Notes under the pieces: model-generated | Told to the model about the DNA's origin: nothing | Seen by the model: the letters and a program-made list of their open reading frames with translations, nothing else | The model's database searches: none | Assembly (NCBI GenBank): GCA_945946745.1 | Contig: CAMEWZ010000001.1 | Location: forward strand, 1-40,484 | Length of the DNA stretch: 40,484 nt | DNA from: an uncultured Clostridia bacterium | GTDB lineage: Bacteria; Bacillota; Clostridia; Oscillospirales; Oscillospiraceae | Direction: 5' to 3' | Shown: positions 16,220-25,275 of the stretch, one piece after another | Position numbering within the stretch: position 1 is the first letter of the stretch | Layout: every line of letters starts with the position of its first letter | Program-made: the position numbers and the translations under genes

Positions 16220-19137
16220 AGTACCACATCGCCTTTAAATTCCTGGCGGTGATTTTGTGCGCCGCCTGCTTGCTGGGGGCGGTGGGCAGCGCCGCCGGTG
16301 TCCTGGTGCTCACCGAGGGAGAGCTGTACGACAAGACCGTACCTCAGGTTCGGGAGGAGATCATCCGCTCCCGGGCGGAGACACTGGCCCGGGACACCGC
16401 TATGTACTATTGCAGCCAGACTCTGGGCGGCTGCCCGGAGGAGCTGCTGGACGATTATGTCGCGGACAATGGCGGATATGTCTACGGCTGGTACAATTTC
16501 GGCTTTCAGCGGGAGCATTTCGGTTACGCGCTGAAGGATGCCGAAGGAAACGTAGTTACCAGCGGCGGCACCCTTACCGGGGAAAGCGGCGGGGAAGTGC
16601 TGACCTTCCCCATCAGCGGAAAGTATTTGTATCTGGTCAGCACAAGTCCCAAGAACGCGCCCTCCGGTTCTCTTCCCGTCACATCCTCTGCGGCTGCGGA
16701 GAATCCCTATGACGCCATCCCCCCGGAGGGAGCCACGGTAGGCGGGGTGCAGTTTCTGGACGGGGACGGCAACGTCCTGTATTATCTGTTCAGCAACACC
16801 GGCCTGGGCACGGCGTTCCACGCCCAGGACGGCTCCGTGGTGTACCGCTCCTACTACACCGAGGACTGGGCGCAAACCGGAGCGGTGTGCGGCGCGGTGC
16901 TCCAGGATGTGAGCGGCAACGTGATCTATGAGCGCCATGACCCGGCGGGCGTTGGGAAACTGGAGCTGGATGATGCCGGCGCGCTGGTGTTCATCGGCAC
17001 CCCTGTGGAGCAGGCGGAAACGGCCGAGCCGATCGAGGAATCCCAGCCGGAGGAGATTCAGACGGAGGCGACGGTGGTTCAGACGGAAATCCCGGAAGAG
17101 CCGGTGGCGGAACAGCCCCAGGACGGGGAGGACGCCCAGCTGAGCGAGCCGGAGCAGGAGGAAACGCCCGAGGATGCCCAGCCCTTGTCGGAGGAGCCTC
17201 AAGAGGAACCGGCAGAGCAGCCCCAGGAAGAACCGATCGAGGAGCCCCAGGAAGAACCGGCGGCGGAATCTGATGGGGAGGATACCCCTGTGGAGCAGGG
17301 GGAGGAGGAACAACCAGCGGAATCCGTTCCCGAAACGACGGAAGCCCCCACCGAGCCTCCCGTGACGGAACCGGAGGTGACGGAAGCGCCCACCGTTCCG
17401 GAGACAGAGCCTCCGGAAACCGAGCCGGTGCTCATCGAAGGAAAGCCCCTTTCTCAGTATCAGGTTTCCCGGTATAGCTATTACGACAGCGAGTCCGGCG
17501 AGGAGATGCTGGCCAAGTGCGTCTACTTGACCATGCCGGAGCTGACGGTGGAGGTCTACACGGAGAAGGGCGCGCTGGAAGAGGACTGCCTGTATGAGGT
17601 GCTGGAGATCGTGCGGCAGTTCCGCAATGACCTGTTCTTGATTCTGGGCGTGAGCCTGCTGCTGTTTGCCGTGCTGGCGGTATATCTGTGCTGTGCCGCG
17701 GGCCGGAAGCCCAAGTGTACAGAAGTCCGGGCAGGGGGACTAAACCGCCTGCCGCTGGATCTGTATCTGGGACTTGTGGTGCTGGGAATCGTAGGACTCG
17801 CGGTGGCGGGAGCCGAAGGCTCCTATTATCTGCTGCGGCAGAGTCTCCAGACCGGCTGCGCCACGGCGATTGCCGCCGCTTACGCTGCCTGCCTGCTGAT
17901 CGTGGGCTTCGGCTTTGCCCTGGCCGCCCAGCTCAAGACGCCCGGAAGCTTCTGGATCACCAATTCTGTCTGCGGCCGGTGCATCAACCTGGTCATCCGC
18001 TGCGCGGTCTGGACGGAAAAATTCCTGTCGCTGAAGGGCTTCCCCGCACTGGGACGGGGCTGTAAAACGGTATGGCTGTGGCTGACCCTGGCTGCCGCCT
18101 GGCTGTGGCAGATGATCAAACGGTTTGGCCGCTGGCTGAAAGACCTTGTCCACCGGTTCCTGCGGATGCTGCCTGTGATGTGGCAGTGGCTGCTGATTGG
18201 CGGTGTCATGCTGTTTATGATCTTCCTGTCCATTGCTGTGGGCTCCAAGTTTCTGCTGGGGGCGTGCCTGGTGTCATTCCCAATCATCATCCTGTATGGT
18301 GCCCATTGCTTCGGCGTGCTGCGGGAAAGCACCAAGCGCATGAGCAAGGGCGACCTGGACACCCAGGTGGATGATAAGCATATGGTGGGAGCTTTTAAGG
18401 ATTTCGCCGAGGACTTGAACGGCCTGGCGGGAGTCGCCGTGGTGGCGGCCCAGAAGCAGCTGAAATCCGAGCGGATGAAAACCGAGCTGATTACCAACGT
18501 CTCCCATGACATCAAGACGCCGCTGACCTCCATCATCAACTATGTGGATCTGCTGCAAAAGCCCCACACCGATGAGGAGCAGGAGCAGTACCTGGAGGTT
18601 CTGGCCCGGCAGTCCCTGCGGCTGAAGAAGCTGATCGACGACTTGATGGAAATGAGCAAGGCCAGCACCGGGAATATGCCGGTGGATGTGACCAAGCTGG
18701 ACGCGGTGGAGTCCGTGAACCAGGCTCTGGGCGAGTTTGCCGACAAGCTGAGCAAGGCGCAGATCATCCCCGTATTCCGCCACACCGAGGAAAGCGTTGC
18801 CATGATGGCGGACGGACGGCTGGTCTGGCGGGTGCTGAGCAACCTCTTAAGCAACGCGGTGAAATACGCCATGCCCGGAACCCGGCTGTATATTGACCTC
18901 ATGGAGATGGAGGGCAAGGTGGTTATCTCTCTGAAGAACATCTCCCGGGATGAACTGAACATCGACGCCGACGAGCTGATGGAGCGCTTCGTCCGGGGTG
19001 ACGATTCCCGGAACACCGAGGGCAGTGGCCTGGGCCTAAACATTGCCAAGAGTTTGATGGAACTGCAAAAAGGACAATTGCAGCTGCTGGTGGACGGCGA
19101 CCTGTTCAAGGTCACGCTGATTTTCCCCGCCGGATAA
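16216..19137 (+). CDS. Sensor histidine kinase with a large extracytoplasmic region
   Basis: H-box NVSHDIKTPLT, NAVKY, ERFVRGD, GSGLGL; multiple TM helices; ATGA overlap with the regulator. Confidence 0.93.
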   Translation: MKYHIAFKFLAVILCAACLLGAVGSAAGVLVLTEGELYDKTVPQVREEIIRSRAETLARDTAMYYCSQTLGGCPEELLDDYVADNGGYVYGWYNFGFQREHFGYALKDAEGNVVTSGGTLTGESGGEVLTFPISGKYLYLVSTSPKNAPSGSLPVTSSAAAENPYDAIPPEGATVGGVQFLDGDGNVLYYLFSNTGLGTAFHAQDGSVVYRSYYTEDWAQTGAVCGAVLQDVSGNVIYERHDPAGVGKLELDDAGALVFIGTPVEQAETAEPIEESQPEEIQTEATVVQTEIPEEPVAEQPQDGEDAQLSEPEQEETPEDAQPLSEEPQEEPAEQPQEEPIEEPQEEPAAESDGEDTPVEQGEEEQPAESVPETTEAPTEPPVTEPEVTEAPTVPETEPPETEPVLIEGKPLSQYQVSRYSYYDSESGEEMLAKCVYLTMPELTVEVYTEKGALEEDCLYEVLEIVRQFRNDLFLILGVSLLLFAVLAVYLCCAAGRKPKCTEVRAGGLNRLPLDLYLGLVVLGIVGLAVAGAEGSYYLLRQSLQTGCATAIAAAYAACLLIVGFGFALAAQLKTPGSFWITNSVCGRCINLVIRCAVWTEKFLSLKGFPALGRGCKTVWLWLTLAAAWLWQMIKRFGRWLKDLVHRFLRMLPVMWQWLLIGGVMLFMIFLSIAVGSKFLLGACLVSFPIIILYGAHCFGVLRESTKRMSKGDLDTQVDDKHMVGAFKDFAEDLNGLAGVAVVAAQKQLKSERMKTELITNVSHDIKTPLTSIINYVDLLQKPHTDEEQEQYLEVLARQSLRLKKLIDDLMEMSKASTGNMPVDVTKLDAVESVNQALGEFADKLSKAQIIPVFRHTEESVAMMADGRLVWRVLSNLLSNAVKYAMPGTRLYIDLMEMEGKVVISLKNISRDELNIDADELMERFVRGDDSRNTEGSGLGLNIAKSLMELQKGQLQLLVDGDLFKVTLIFPAG
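16999..17427 (+). repeat. Glu/Pro/Gln/Thr low-complexity coding tract with short direct repeats
   Basis: ACCCCTGTGGAGCAGG at 16999 and 17284; AGCCCCAGGAAGAACCG at 17219 and 17243. Confidence 0.8.
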
Positions 19138-19146
19138 CGCATAAAA

Positions 19147-19182
19147 CCCCTCCCGTCCTTTCGGACGGGAGGGGCGCTTTTT
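19147..19182. terminator. Bidirectional terminator
   Basis: CCCCTCCCGTCC-TTTC-GGACGGGAGGGG with A- and T-runs on the flanks. Confidence 0.8.
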
Positions 19183-19230
19183 GCTGAGCCATGGATGAAT
19201 TCGGCAAGCGTAACACCTGCGCCATCCTTA

Positions 19231-19599
19231 TCACTCCTGTTTTGCCACCGCCTTGGTGGCGATTACATCCACACCGGTTCCGCATACGTTGGGGAGAACC
19301 ACCTGCCCCAGGGCCACCGGGGCGGGCACCTCTACCGCTCCCAGCGCCTGGACACAGGCGAAAATCTGTCCCTTGGGAATGTCGGCGGCGGTTTTTACGG
19401 AGACAACGGGGATTGTCCCGCCGGTGACCCGGACGGTGGTGGTGACGATCCGGGTGGGGTTTGTCAGCTCCTTGCGGGCGTATTTTTCGCCGTTTTTGCA
19501 GGTGTTGCCGGATACCCGCACCACGCTGCCGTTTTCCAGCTCTGCCTCCAAGGCACACCCGAGAGGGCAGCCGATGCAGATCAGTTGCGCTTTTTCCAT
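19231..19599 (-). CDS. DUF1667 Cys-rich small subunit
   Basis: CIGCPLGC, GNTCKNG, NPTRIVTTTV, VKT. Confidence 0.85.
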   Translation of the reverse strand: MEKAQLICIGCPLGCALEAELENGSVVRVSGNTCKNGEKYARKELTNPTRIVTTTVRVTGGTIPVVSVKTAADIPKGQIFACVQALGAVEVPAPVALGQVVLPNVCGTGVDVIATKAVAKQE

Positions 19600-19600
19600 C

Positions 19601-20857
19601 TTAAGCTTCCTCCAATCCCAGGCGGATTTCGGTAATGCCCTCCGGCAATGCTCCGGCCTTCCAGGTGACGGTCTCCATTTCTCCCGGGGCCAGCACGGCT
19701 TTTTTCCTGCGCAGCACGATCTCGCTGCCCGCCCTTAGGACGATGGTCTTGTTTTGGTAGACGTTGTCCACCCGGAACCGGATGGTGACATCTTCGGAGC
19801 GTAGGCTCTGGTGCCGGATGGCGGAGGGGACGGTGTAGCGCACGCCGCCATAGCAGCGGACGGGCAGTGCCGCTTCAAGTGCCGGTTCTCCCTGCTGTAT
19901 GTACTGGGCGGCGCTGCGTCCTGCCGCGGCGGCCTCCTGGGAGACGTAGTCCACCAAATCGTGGACATGGAGCACATTTCCGGCGGCGAATACGCCGGGG
20001 ATGCTGGTTTCCAGGGCATCGTTGACAGCGGGGCCGTTGGTCACGGGGTTGATGACAGCACCCGCCTCCCGGGTCAGCTCGTTTTCCGGAATCAGACCGC
20101 AGCTGAGCAGCAGGGTGTCGCAGGGGTAGTATTCCTCGGTGCCGGGCACGGGACGACCGTTCTCCACCCGGGCCAGGGTGACACCCTCCAGCCGTTCCCG
20201 GCCACGGATGTCCACCACCGTATGGCTCAGCTTCAAGGGAATGCCAAAGTCATCCAGGCACTGGACGATGTTCCGCTTCAAGCCGCCGCTGTAGGGCATC
20301 AACTCCGCTACCACCGGAACATGGGCGCCCTCCAGGGTCATCCGCCGGGCCATAATCAGTCCAATGTCCCCGGAGCCGAGGATCACACATTCCCGGCCGG
20401 GAAGATACCCTTCCATATTCACCAGCCGCTGGGCGGTACCGGCGGTGTAGATTCCGGCGGGACGGGTGCCGGGGATGTTCAGCGCCCCCCGGGGCCGCTC
20501 CCGGCAGCCCATGGCGAGAATCACTGCCTTGGGCCTTAGCTGGAACAGGCCATCCTCCGGGTTCATGGCGGTGATGGTTTTTTCCTTGTCCAGAGACAGA
20601 ACCATGGTGCCCAGCTTATAGGGGATTTCCAAGTCCTGCACTTGACGGATAAACCGCTGGGCATATTCCGGGCCGGTCAGCTCCTCCCGGAAGGTATGCA
20701 GGCCGAAGCCGTTGTGAATGCATTGATTCAGAATGCCGCCCAGCTCTCGATCCCGTTCCAGAATCAGAATATCCCGAACCCCCGCCTGGCGGGCGGCCAC
20801 GGCGGCAGCCAATCCGGCGGGGCCGCCGCCGATGATGACAAGCTCATATTGTTCCAT
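19601..20857 (-). CDS. NAD(P)/FAD-dependent oxidoreductase (partner of the GlpA-like enzyme)
   Basis: GGGPAG, GGILNQCIHNGFG, GSGDIG, GNVLHVHDLVD; start ATG 20857 with AGGAGG. Confidence 0.88.
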   Translation of the reverse strand: MEQYELVIIGGGPAGLAAAVAARQAGVRDILILERDRELGGILNQCIHNGFGLHTFREELTGPEYAQRFIRQVQDLEIPYKLGTMVLSLDKEKTITAMNPEDGLFQLRPKAVILAMGCRERPRGALNIPGTRPAGIYTAGTAQRLVNMEGYLPGRECVILGSGDIGLIMARRMTLEGAHVPVVAELMPYSGGLKRNIVQCLDDFGIPLKLSHTVVDIRGRERLEGVTLARVENGRPVPGTEEYYPCDTLLLSCGLIPENELTREAGAVINPVTNGPAVNDALETSIPGVFAAGNVLHVHDLVDYVSQEAAAAGRSAAQYIQQGEPALEAALPVRCYGGVRYTVPSAIRHQSLRSEDVTIRFRVDNVYQNKTIVLRAGSEIVLRRKKAVLAPGEMETVTWKAGALPEGITEIRLGLEEA

Positions 20858-20867
20858 GGTGCGCCTC

Positions 20868-22298
20868 CTACAGAGTGTCCTTATTGCGGCCAAGAATCAG
20901 CCGGGAGCTGCCGCCGGATTTGGTGATTGCCTCCGGGGAAAGCCCTGTCTCCCGGGCGAGGATCTCCAGCACCCGGGGAGAGCAGAAGCCGCCCTGGCAC
21001 CGGCCCATTCCGGCCCGGGTGCGGCGCTTTACCCCGTCGATGCTTCTGGCACCGGGAACCCGGTGGATGGCGTCCACAATTTCTCCCTCGGTGATGGATT
21101 CGCACCGGCAGATCACGGTGCCGTAGGCGGGATCGCGCTGGATCAAGGCGTTGCGTTCCGGGATGGACAGCTGCCTGGGATCCAGGATGCCCTTCCGGGT
21201 CGGGCGGAAGTCGGGGTTTGGCTCCGGCTTTAGAATGCTTGCCACGATTCCGGCGGCCATTTTGCCAATGGCGGGGGCAGCGGACAGGCCTGGGGACTCA
21301 ATGCCCGCGCAGTCCACAAATCCCGGGGCGGATTCCCGGATGATAAATTCATGCCCCAGTTCGTGGGCCCGCAATCCGGCAAAGCTGGTGATGGTCTGGC
21401 GGAGGGGCAGATTTTTCACTGCGGCGGAGGACTTGAAGCGCACCTCATCCAGTCCCATCTGGGTGGTGGCGGTGGAATCCTTGTCGGGAACGTCGATGGC
21501 GGTGGGGCCGACGATCAGATTGCCGTGGACGGTGGGGGAAACCAGCACCCCCTTGCCCTGGGGGCCGGGGAGCTGGAAAACGGTATGGCGGACGTGACTC
21601 CCGGCGGCGTGGTCGAGAAGAAAATAGTCCCCCCGCCGGGGCTGGATGGTGATGGGGTCGGGGCAGACCTGGTTGTGTAGGGTGTCCGCCCAGACGCCTG
21701 CGGCGTTTACCACCACCCGGGCCTCCAGCGGCCCCTGCGAGGTGGCAAGCCGCCAACCGGAGGCGGTTTTTTCCAGAGCCTCCACCCGGGTGTCAAACTG
21801 GAACCGAACCCCATTGGCGGCGGCGTTTTCCGCCAGGGCGTAGGTCAGACCGAAGGGACAGACGATACCGCCGGTGGGGGCGTACAGAGCGGCCACGGCA
21901 TCGTCGGAAATGTTTGGCTCCATGGAAACCAGTTCCTCCCGCTCCACGATGCGAAGCCCCGGAACGCCGTTTTTGACGCCGTTTTCATACAGCGCGTTCA
22001 GTCTGGGCCGATCCTCTGGCCGCAGCATGACCACCAGGGAGCCGATCTGCCGGTAGGGGAAATCCAGTTCCCGGCTGAGGGCGGGCATCCAGGTGCTGCC
22101 CTGGACGTTGAGCTTGGCCATCAGCGAGCCGTTTTTTGCGTCAAAGCCTGCATGGACGATGGCGGAATTGGCCTTGGAGGTGCCGCAGCACACATCCTCC
22201 TCCTGCTCTACCACCAGAATGTCCGCTTTCCACCGGGACAGCTCCCGGGCAATGGCGCAGCCGCTGACCCCCGCGCCGATGATGATGACGTCCAACAT
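20868..22298 (-). CDS. FAD-dependent dehydrogenase with C-terminal BFD-like [2Fe-2S] domain (GlpA/LhgO-like)
   Basis: GAGVSG, TSKANSAIVHAG, GIESPGL, ICRCE...RAGMGRCQGGFC; promoter TTGCTA-17-TATAAT at 22363-22335. Confidence 0.85.
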   Translation of the reverse strand: MLDVIIIGAGVSGCAIARELSRWKADILVVEQEEDVCCGTSKANSAIVHAGFDAKNGSLMAKLNVQGSTWMPALSRELDFPYRQIGSLVVMLRPEDRPRLNALYENGVKNGVPGLRIVEREELVSMEPNISDDAVAALYAPTGGIVCPFGLTYALAENAAANGVRFQFDTRVEALEKTASGWRLATSQGPLEARVVVNAAGVWADTLHNQVCPDPITIQPRRGDYFLLDHAAGSHVRHTVFQLPGPQGKGVLVSPTVHGNLIVGPTAIDVPDKDSTATTQMGLDEVRFKSSAAVKNLPLRQTITSFAGLRAHELGHEFIIRESAPGFVDCAGIESPGLSAAPAIGKMAAGIVASILKPEPNPDFRPTRKGILDPRQLSIPERNALIQRDPAYGTVICRCESITEGEIVDAIHRVPGARSIDGVKRRTRAGMGRCQGGFCSPRVLEILARETGLSPEAITKSGGSSRLILGRNKDTL

Positions 22299-22375
22299 GG
22301 GCATACCTCCCTGTAACGGATAGTTCGTGTGCATATTATACAAAATTTTTCAAAAAATAGCAATCCTTTTGTGAT

Positions 22376-22417
22376 AAAAAATGAGAAGATGGAAAAAACG
22401 GTTCTTCCATCTTCTCA
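22376..22417 (-). terminator. Terminator hairpin downstream of DUF4830 and upstream of the oxidoreductase operon
   Basis: Perfect 13-bp stem TGAGAAGATGGAA/TTCCATCTTCTCA with a T-run on the minus strand. Confidence 0.75.
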
Positions 22418-22496
22418 AAAGCCGTCAGCGGAGGTATGATAATATAAAAATGTTTTACGGGGTACAGTTTAACTGTCCACCGGCAACTTTCAACTG

Positions 22497-22967
22497 TCAA
22501 CGCCCCGTTCCCGGGCCGCCTTGCAGGCTCTGGATTTTGCCCTGGGGGGAGGTGTTGGTGATGTCGCCGCCGATGATCTCGTTTTTATGAACCAGGAGTG
22601 TGGCGTATACCGGTTCCGTCGCGCCGGGATAGTTGTTGACCTTATACACATAGCGCATGACTTTTTCCCCGGCATACTGGCTTAAATCATAGCCCTGCCC
22701 TTTTTGCAGGGCATTGTAGCGGCTGAAAACCTCGTCTGGCTGCTCCGGTATTTTGACCTGGCTGGACTCTACCGGAGACGTGGTCACGTCCCAGCCCTGG
22801 CTTTTCAGAAATTCCACCCGGGCATCGTTGCTGCCTGCTGCCGGGGCGGCGGTTTGGGTGGTGTCTTTGCCGCCCAAAAGAAGAATCAACGCCAAAATCA
22901 GTGCCGCGGCGGCTGCCAGCGCGATCATCCCTTTTTTGAAATCGACCTTTGCGGTCATAACCATCAT
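22497..22967 (-). CDS. DUF4830-like membrane-anchored protein
   Basis: N-terminal TM, RVEFLKSQGW, YNALQKGQGYDL, IIGGDI. Confidence 0.75.
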   Translation of the reverse strand: MMVMTAKVDFKKGMIALAAAAALILALILLLGGKDTTQTAAPAAGSNDARVEFLKSQGWDVTTSPVESSQVKIPEQPDEVFSRYNALQKGQGYDLSQYAGEKVMRYVYKVNNYPGATEPVYATLLVHKNEIIGGDITNTSPQGKIQSLQGGPGTGR

Positions 22968-22999
22968 TGCAAATCCCTCCCGATTCAAATAGGTGCTAC

Positions 23000-23029
23000 A
23001 GCCTATGCCGTCGCCGGATGGGATAGAAC
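23000..23029 (-). promoter_or_regulatory. Putative sporulation sigmaE promoter for DUF4830
   Basis: GTTCTATC-14bp-CATAGGCT on the minus strand. Confidence 0.5.
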
Positions 23030-23038
23030 GGAGGAACC

Positions 23039-23737
23039 ATGGAACGTTTGGACAAATTCCTGTGCGACAGCGGGGCGGGCACCCGCAGCCAGGTGAAGGC
23101 GTTGGTCAAGGCAGGCCGAATCCAGGTGGACGGCGTCTCGGAGCGGGATCCCGGCCGGAAAATCGACCCGCTGATCCAGTGCGTCACCCTGGACGGCCAG
23201 AGGCTGGGCGGCTGGCGGCGGGTGGTGCTCCTGCTTAATAAGCCTGCCGGGTTTGTGACGGCCACGGAGGATGCTACCCAGAAAACGGTGATGGAGTTGC
23301 TGCCCCCGGCGTATCGGGGCCTGGATCTGAAGCCTGTGGGACGGCTGGATAAGGAAACCGAGGGGCTGCTGCTGTTTACCAACGACGGTGAGCTGCTCCA
23401 CCGGCTGATTTCTCCCAAGAAGCAGGTTCCCAAGGTCTATTATGCCCGGCACGAGGGTCAGGCGGAGCCGGCTGACGTGGCCGCCTTTGCCGAAGGGCTG
23501 ACCCTGCGGGACGGAACCCAATGCCTTCCCGCGAAGCTGGAGCCGTTGGGGCCGGGGGAGAGCCTGATTACGGTCTGCGAGGGAAAGTACCACCAGGTTC
23601 GCCGAATGATGGCCTCCCGGAACATGACGGTTTCTTACCTGGAGCGGCGGCAGGAGGGCGGCTTAAGCCTGGGGGATTTGCCCAGGGGCCAGACCCGGGA
23701 GCTGACCCAAGCGCAGATTCAGACATTGGAAGGATAA
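23039..23737 (+). CDS. rsuA: RsuA-family pseudouridine synthase
   Basis: RLDKFL S4 domain, NKPAG, GRLDKETEGLL, EGKYHQVRRM. Confidence 0.88.
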   Translation: MERLDKFLCDSGAGTRSQVKALVKAGRIQVDGVSERDPGRKIDPLIQCVTLDGQRLGGWRRVVLLLNKPAGFVTATEDATQKTVMELLPPAYRGLDLKPVGRLDKETEGLLLFTNDGELLHRLISPKKQVPKVYYARHEGQAEPADVAAFAEGLTLRDGTQCLPAKLEPLGPGESLITVCEGKYHQVRRMMASRNMTVSYLERRQEGGLSLGDLPRGQTRELTQAQIQTLEG

Positions 23738-23848
23738 AAACGGTCAAATTGCCGGGAAAGATACCCGGCAGTTCCGGCAAGAGGGTATTTTAGTTGGAAT
23801 ATTACCTAAAAAACATGAGAGTTTTTGCAGTAAAATGTCAAAAGGTAC

Positions 23849-23877
23849 TTGCAAAATGCGCAAAAGCCGTGTATAAT
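23849..23877 (+). promoter_or_regulatory. sigmaA promoter
   Basis: TTGCAA-17bp-TATAAT. Confidence 0.7.
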
Positions 23878-23934
23878 AATATCGCAATTTTGTGAAATGC
23901 GCATTTATGCAAGATACTAAGGAGTGACAGAAAG

Positions 23935-25023
23935 ATGTCCAACAGTGTTTTTCAGAGCGTAATTGTCCAATTAAGAGATATCTCCGACCGTACCTTTGGC
24001 GTGATCGATACGGAGGGCTGTGTGGTATCCTGTACGGATATGTCCATGCTTGGCGAGCGCTGGACAGAGGCGGCCCTAAAGGTGGGCAACGCGTCCGACA
24101 GTGTGGTCACCTTTGCCCAGAAGACCTTTAAGGCCATTGTGGGTGCCTCCAACTATTTTGAGTACGCCGTATTCTGCACCGGCGATGATGAGACGGCCAA
24201 AAGCTACTGCGCCATGGCCTACATCGCGCTGAACGATGCCAAGATCTTCTATGAGGAAAAGCACGACCGGGGCACCTTTGTGAAGAATATTATCATGGAT
24301 AATATCCTTCCCGGCGACATTTACATCCGGGCCAAGGAGCTGCATTTTGCCACGGACGCGCCCCGGGCGGTGTTCCTAATCCGCCAGATCGGCCACAGCG
24401 ACGTGGCCACCATGGACGTGCTGGCGGGCATGTTCCCGGACAAGACCCAGGACTTTGTTCTGTCCATCAACGAAACGGACATCGCTGTGGTCAAGCAGAT
24501 CACCAGCACCACCACCTCCGAGGATCTGGAAAAGATCGCCCAGAACGTGGAGGATACGCTGAAGAACGAGCTGCGGATCAAAACCGTTATCGGCATCGGC
24601 ACCGTGGCGGAGCATCTGCGGGAGCTGGCGGATTCCTATAAGGACGCCCAAACCGCCATTGACGTGGGCAAGGCCTTCGACAATGAAAAGAGCATCGTCA
24701 ACTATGAGAACCTGGGTCTGGCCCGGCTGATCTACCAGCTGCCTACCACCCTGTGTGAGATCTTCCTGGGGGAGATCTTCAAGAAGAATTCCATTGACTC
24801 CTTGGATCAAGAGACGCTGTTTACCATCAACAAGTTCTTTGAGAACAATCTGAATGTCTCCGAAACCTCCCGGAAGCTGTTTGTCCACCGCAACACCCTG
24901 GTTTACCGGCTGGAGAAAATCAAGAAGCTCACCGGCCTGGATCTGCGCCAGTTCGACCACGCCATTGTCTTCAAGGTGGCGCTGATGGTGCGCAAATACC
25001 TTATTTCCCGGGAAAACCGATAA
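23935..25023 (+). CDS. CdaR/PucR-family transcriptional regulator
   Basis: C-terminal NLNVSETSRKLFVHRNTLVYRLEKI HTH. Confidence 0.9.
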   Translation: MSNSVFQSVIVQLRDISDRTFGVIDTEGCVVSCTDMSMLGERWTEAALKVGNASDSVVTFAQKTFKAIVGASNYFEYAVFCTGDDETAKSYCAMAYIALNDAKIFYEEKHDRGTFVKNIIMDNILPGDIYIRAKELHFATDAPRAVFLIRQIGHSDVATMDVLAGMFPDKTQDFVLSINETDIAVVKQITSTTTSEDLEKIAQNVEDTLKNELRIKTVIGIGTVAEHLRELADSYKDAQTAIDVGKAFDNEKSIVNYENLGLARLIYQLPTTLCEIFLGEIFKKNSIDSLDQETLFTINKFFENNLNVSETSRKLFVHRNTLVYRLEKIKKLTGLDLRQFDHAIVFKVALMVRKYLISRENR

Positions 25024-25029
25024 ATCCTT

Positions 25030-25060
25030 GACGGGGCCGCTCATAGCGGCTCCGTTTTTT
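25030..25060 (+). terminator. Intrinsic terminator
   Basis: ACGGGGCCGCT-CAT-AGCGGCTCCGT followed by a T-run. Confidence 0.75.
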
Positions 25061-25184
25061 GACACCAGATGTGGGGAGACCGGGCTCTGCTTGGCACAAG
25101 ACCTGGGAATCAAAACTTTATTTTGGCAAAAATATGGATATTTTGTGAATTCTTTGAATGCGGGCAATTTTTTGCCGAATGTGA

Positions 25185-25213
25185 TTGACATTGCTTTTAC
25201 AATGTGTTACAAT
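25185..25213 (+). promoter_or_regulatory. sigmaA promoter for ftsEX
   Basis: TTGACA-17bp-TACAAT with TG extension. Confidence 0.75.
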
Positions 25214-25275
25214 TCGGTTACACTGCGGGCAGAGTCGGATGCGTCCGGTGCTGCCCAAAAACAGGAGATAATGCT

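Noticed and set aside
16192-17435. Leu/Arg-rich and Ser/Gly-rich antisense ORFs
   Set aside because: Mirror images of the kinase low-complexity tract
22455-22500. Recurring ACAGTT/AACTGT words, possible repeat array
   Set aside because: Only three or four short irregular copies; neither CRISPR nor a tandem array can be supported
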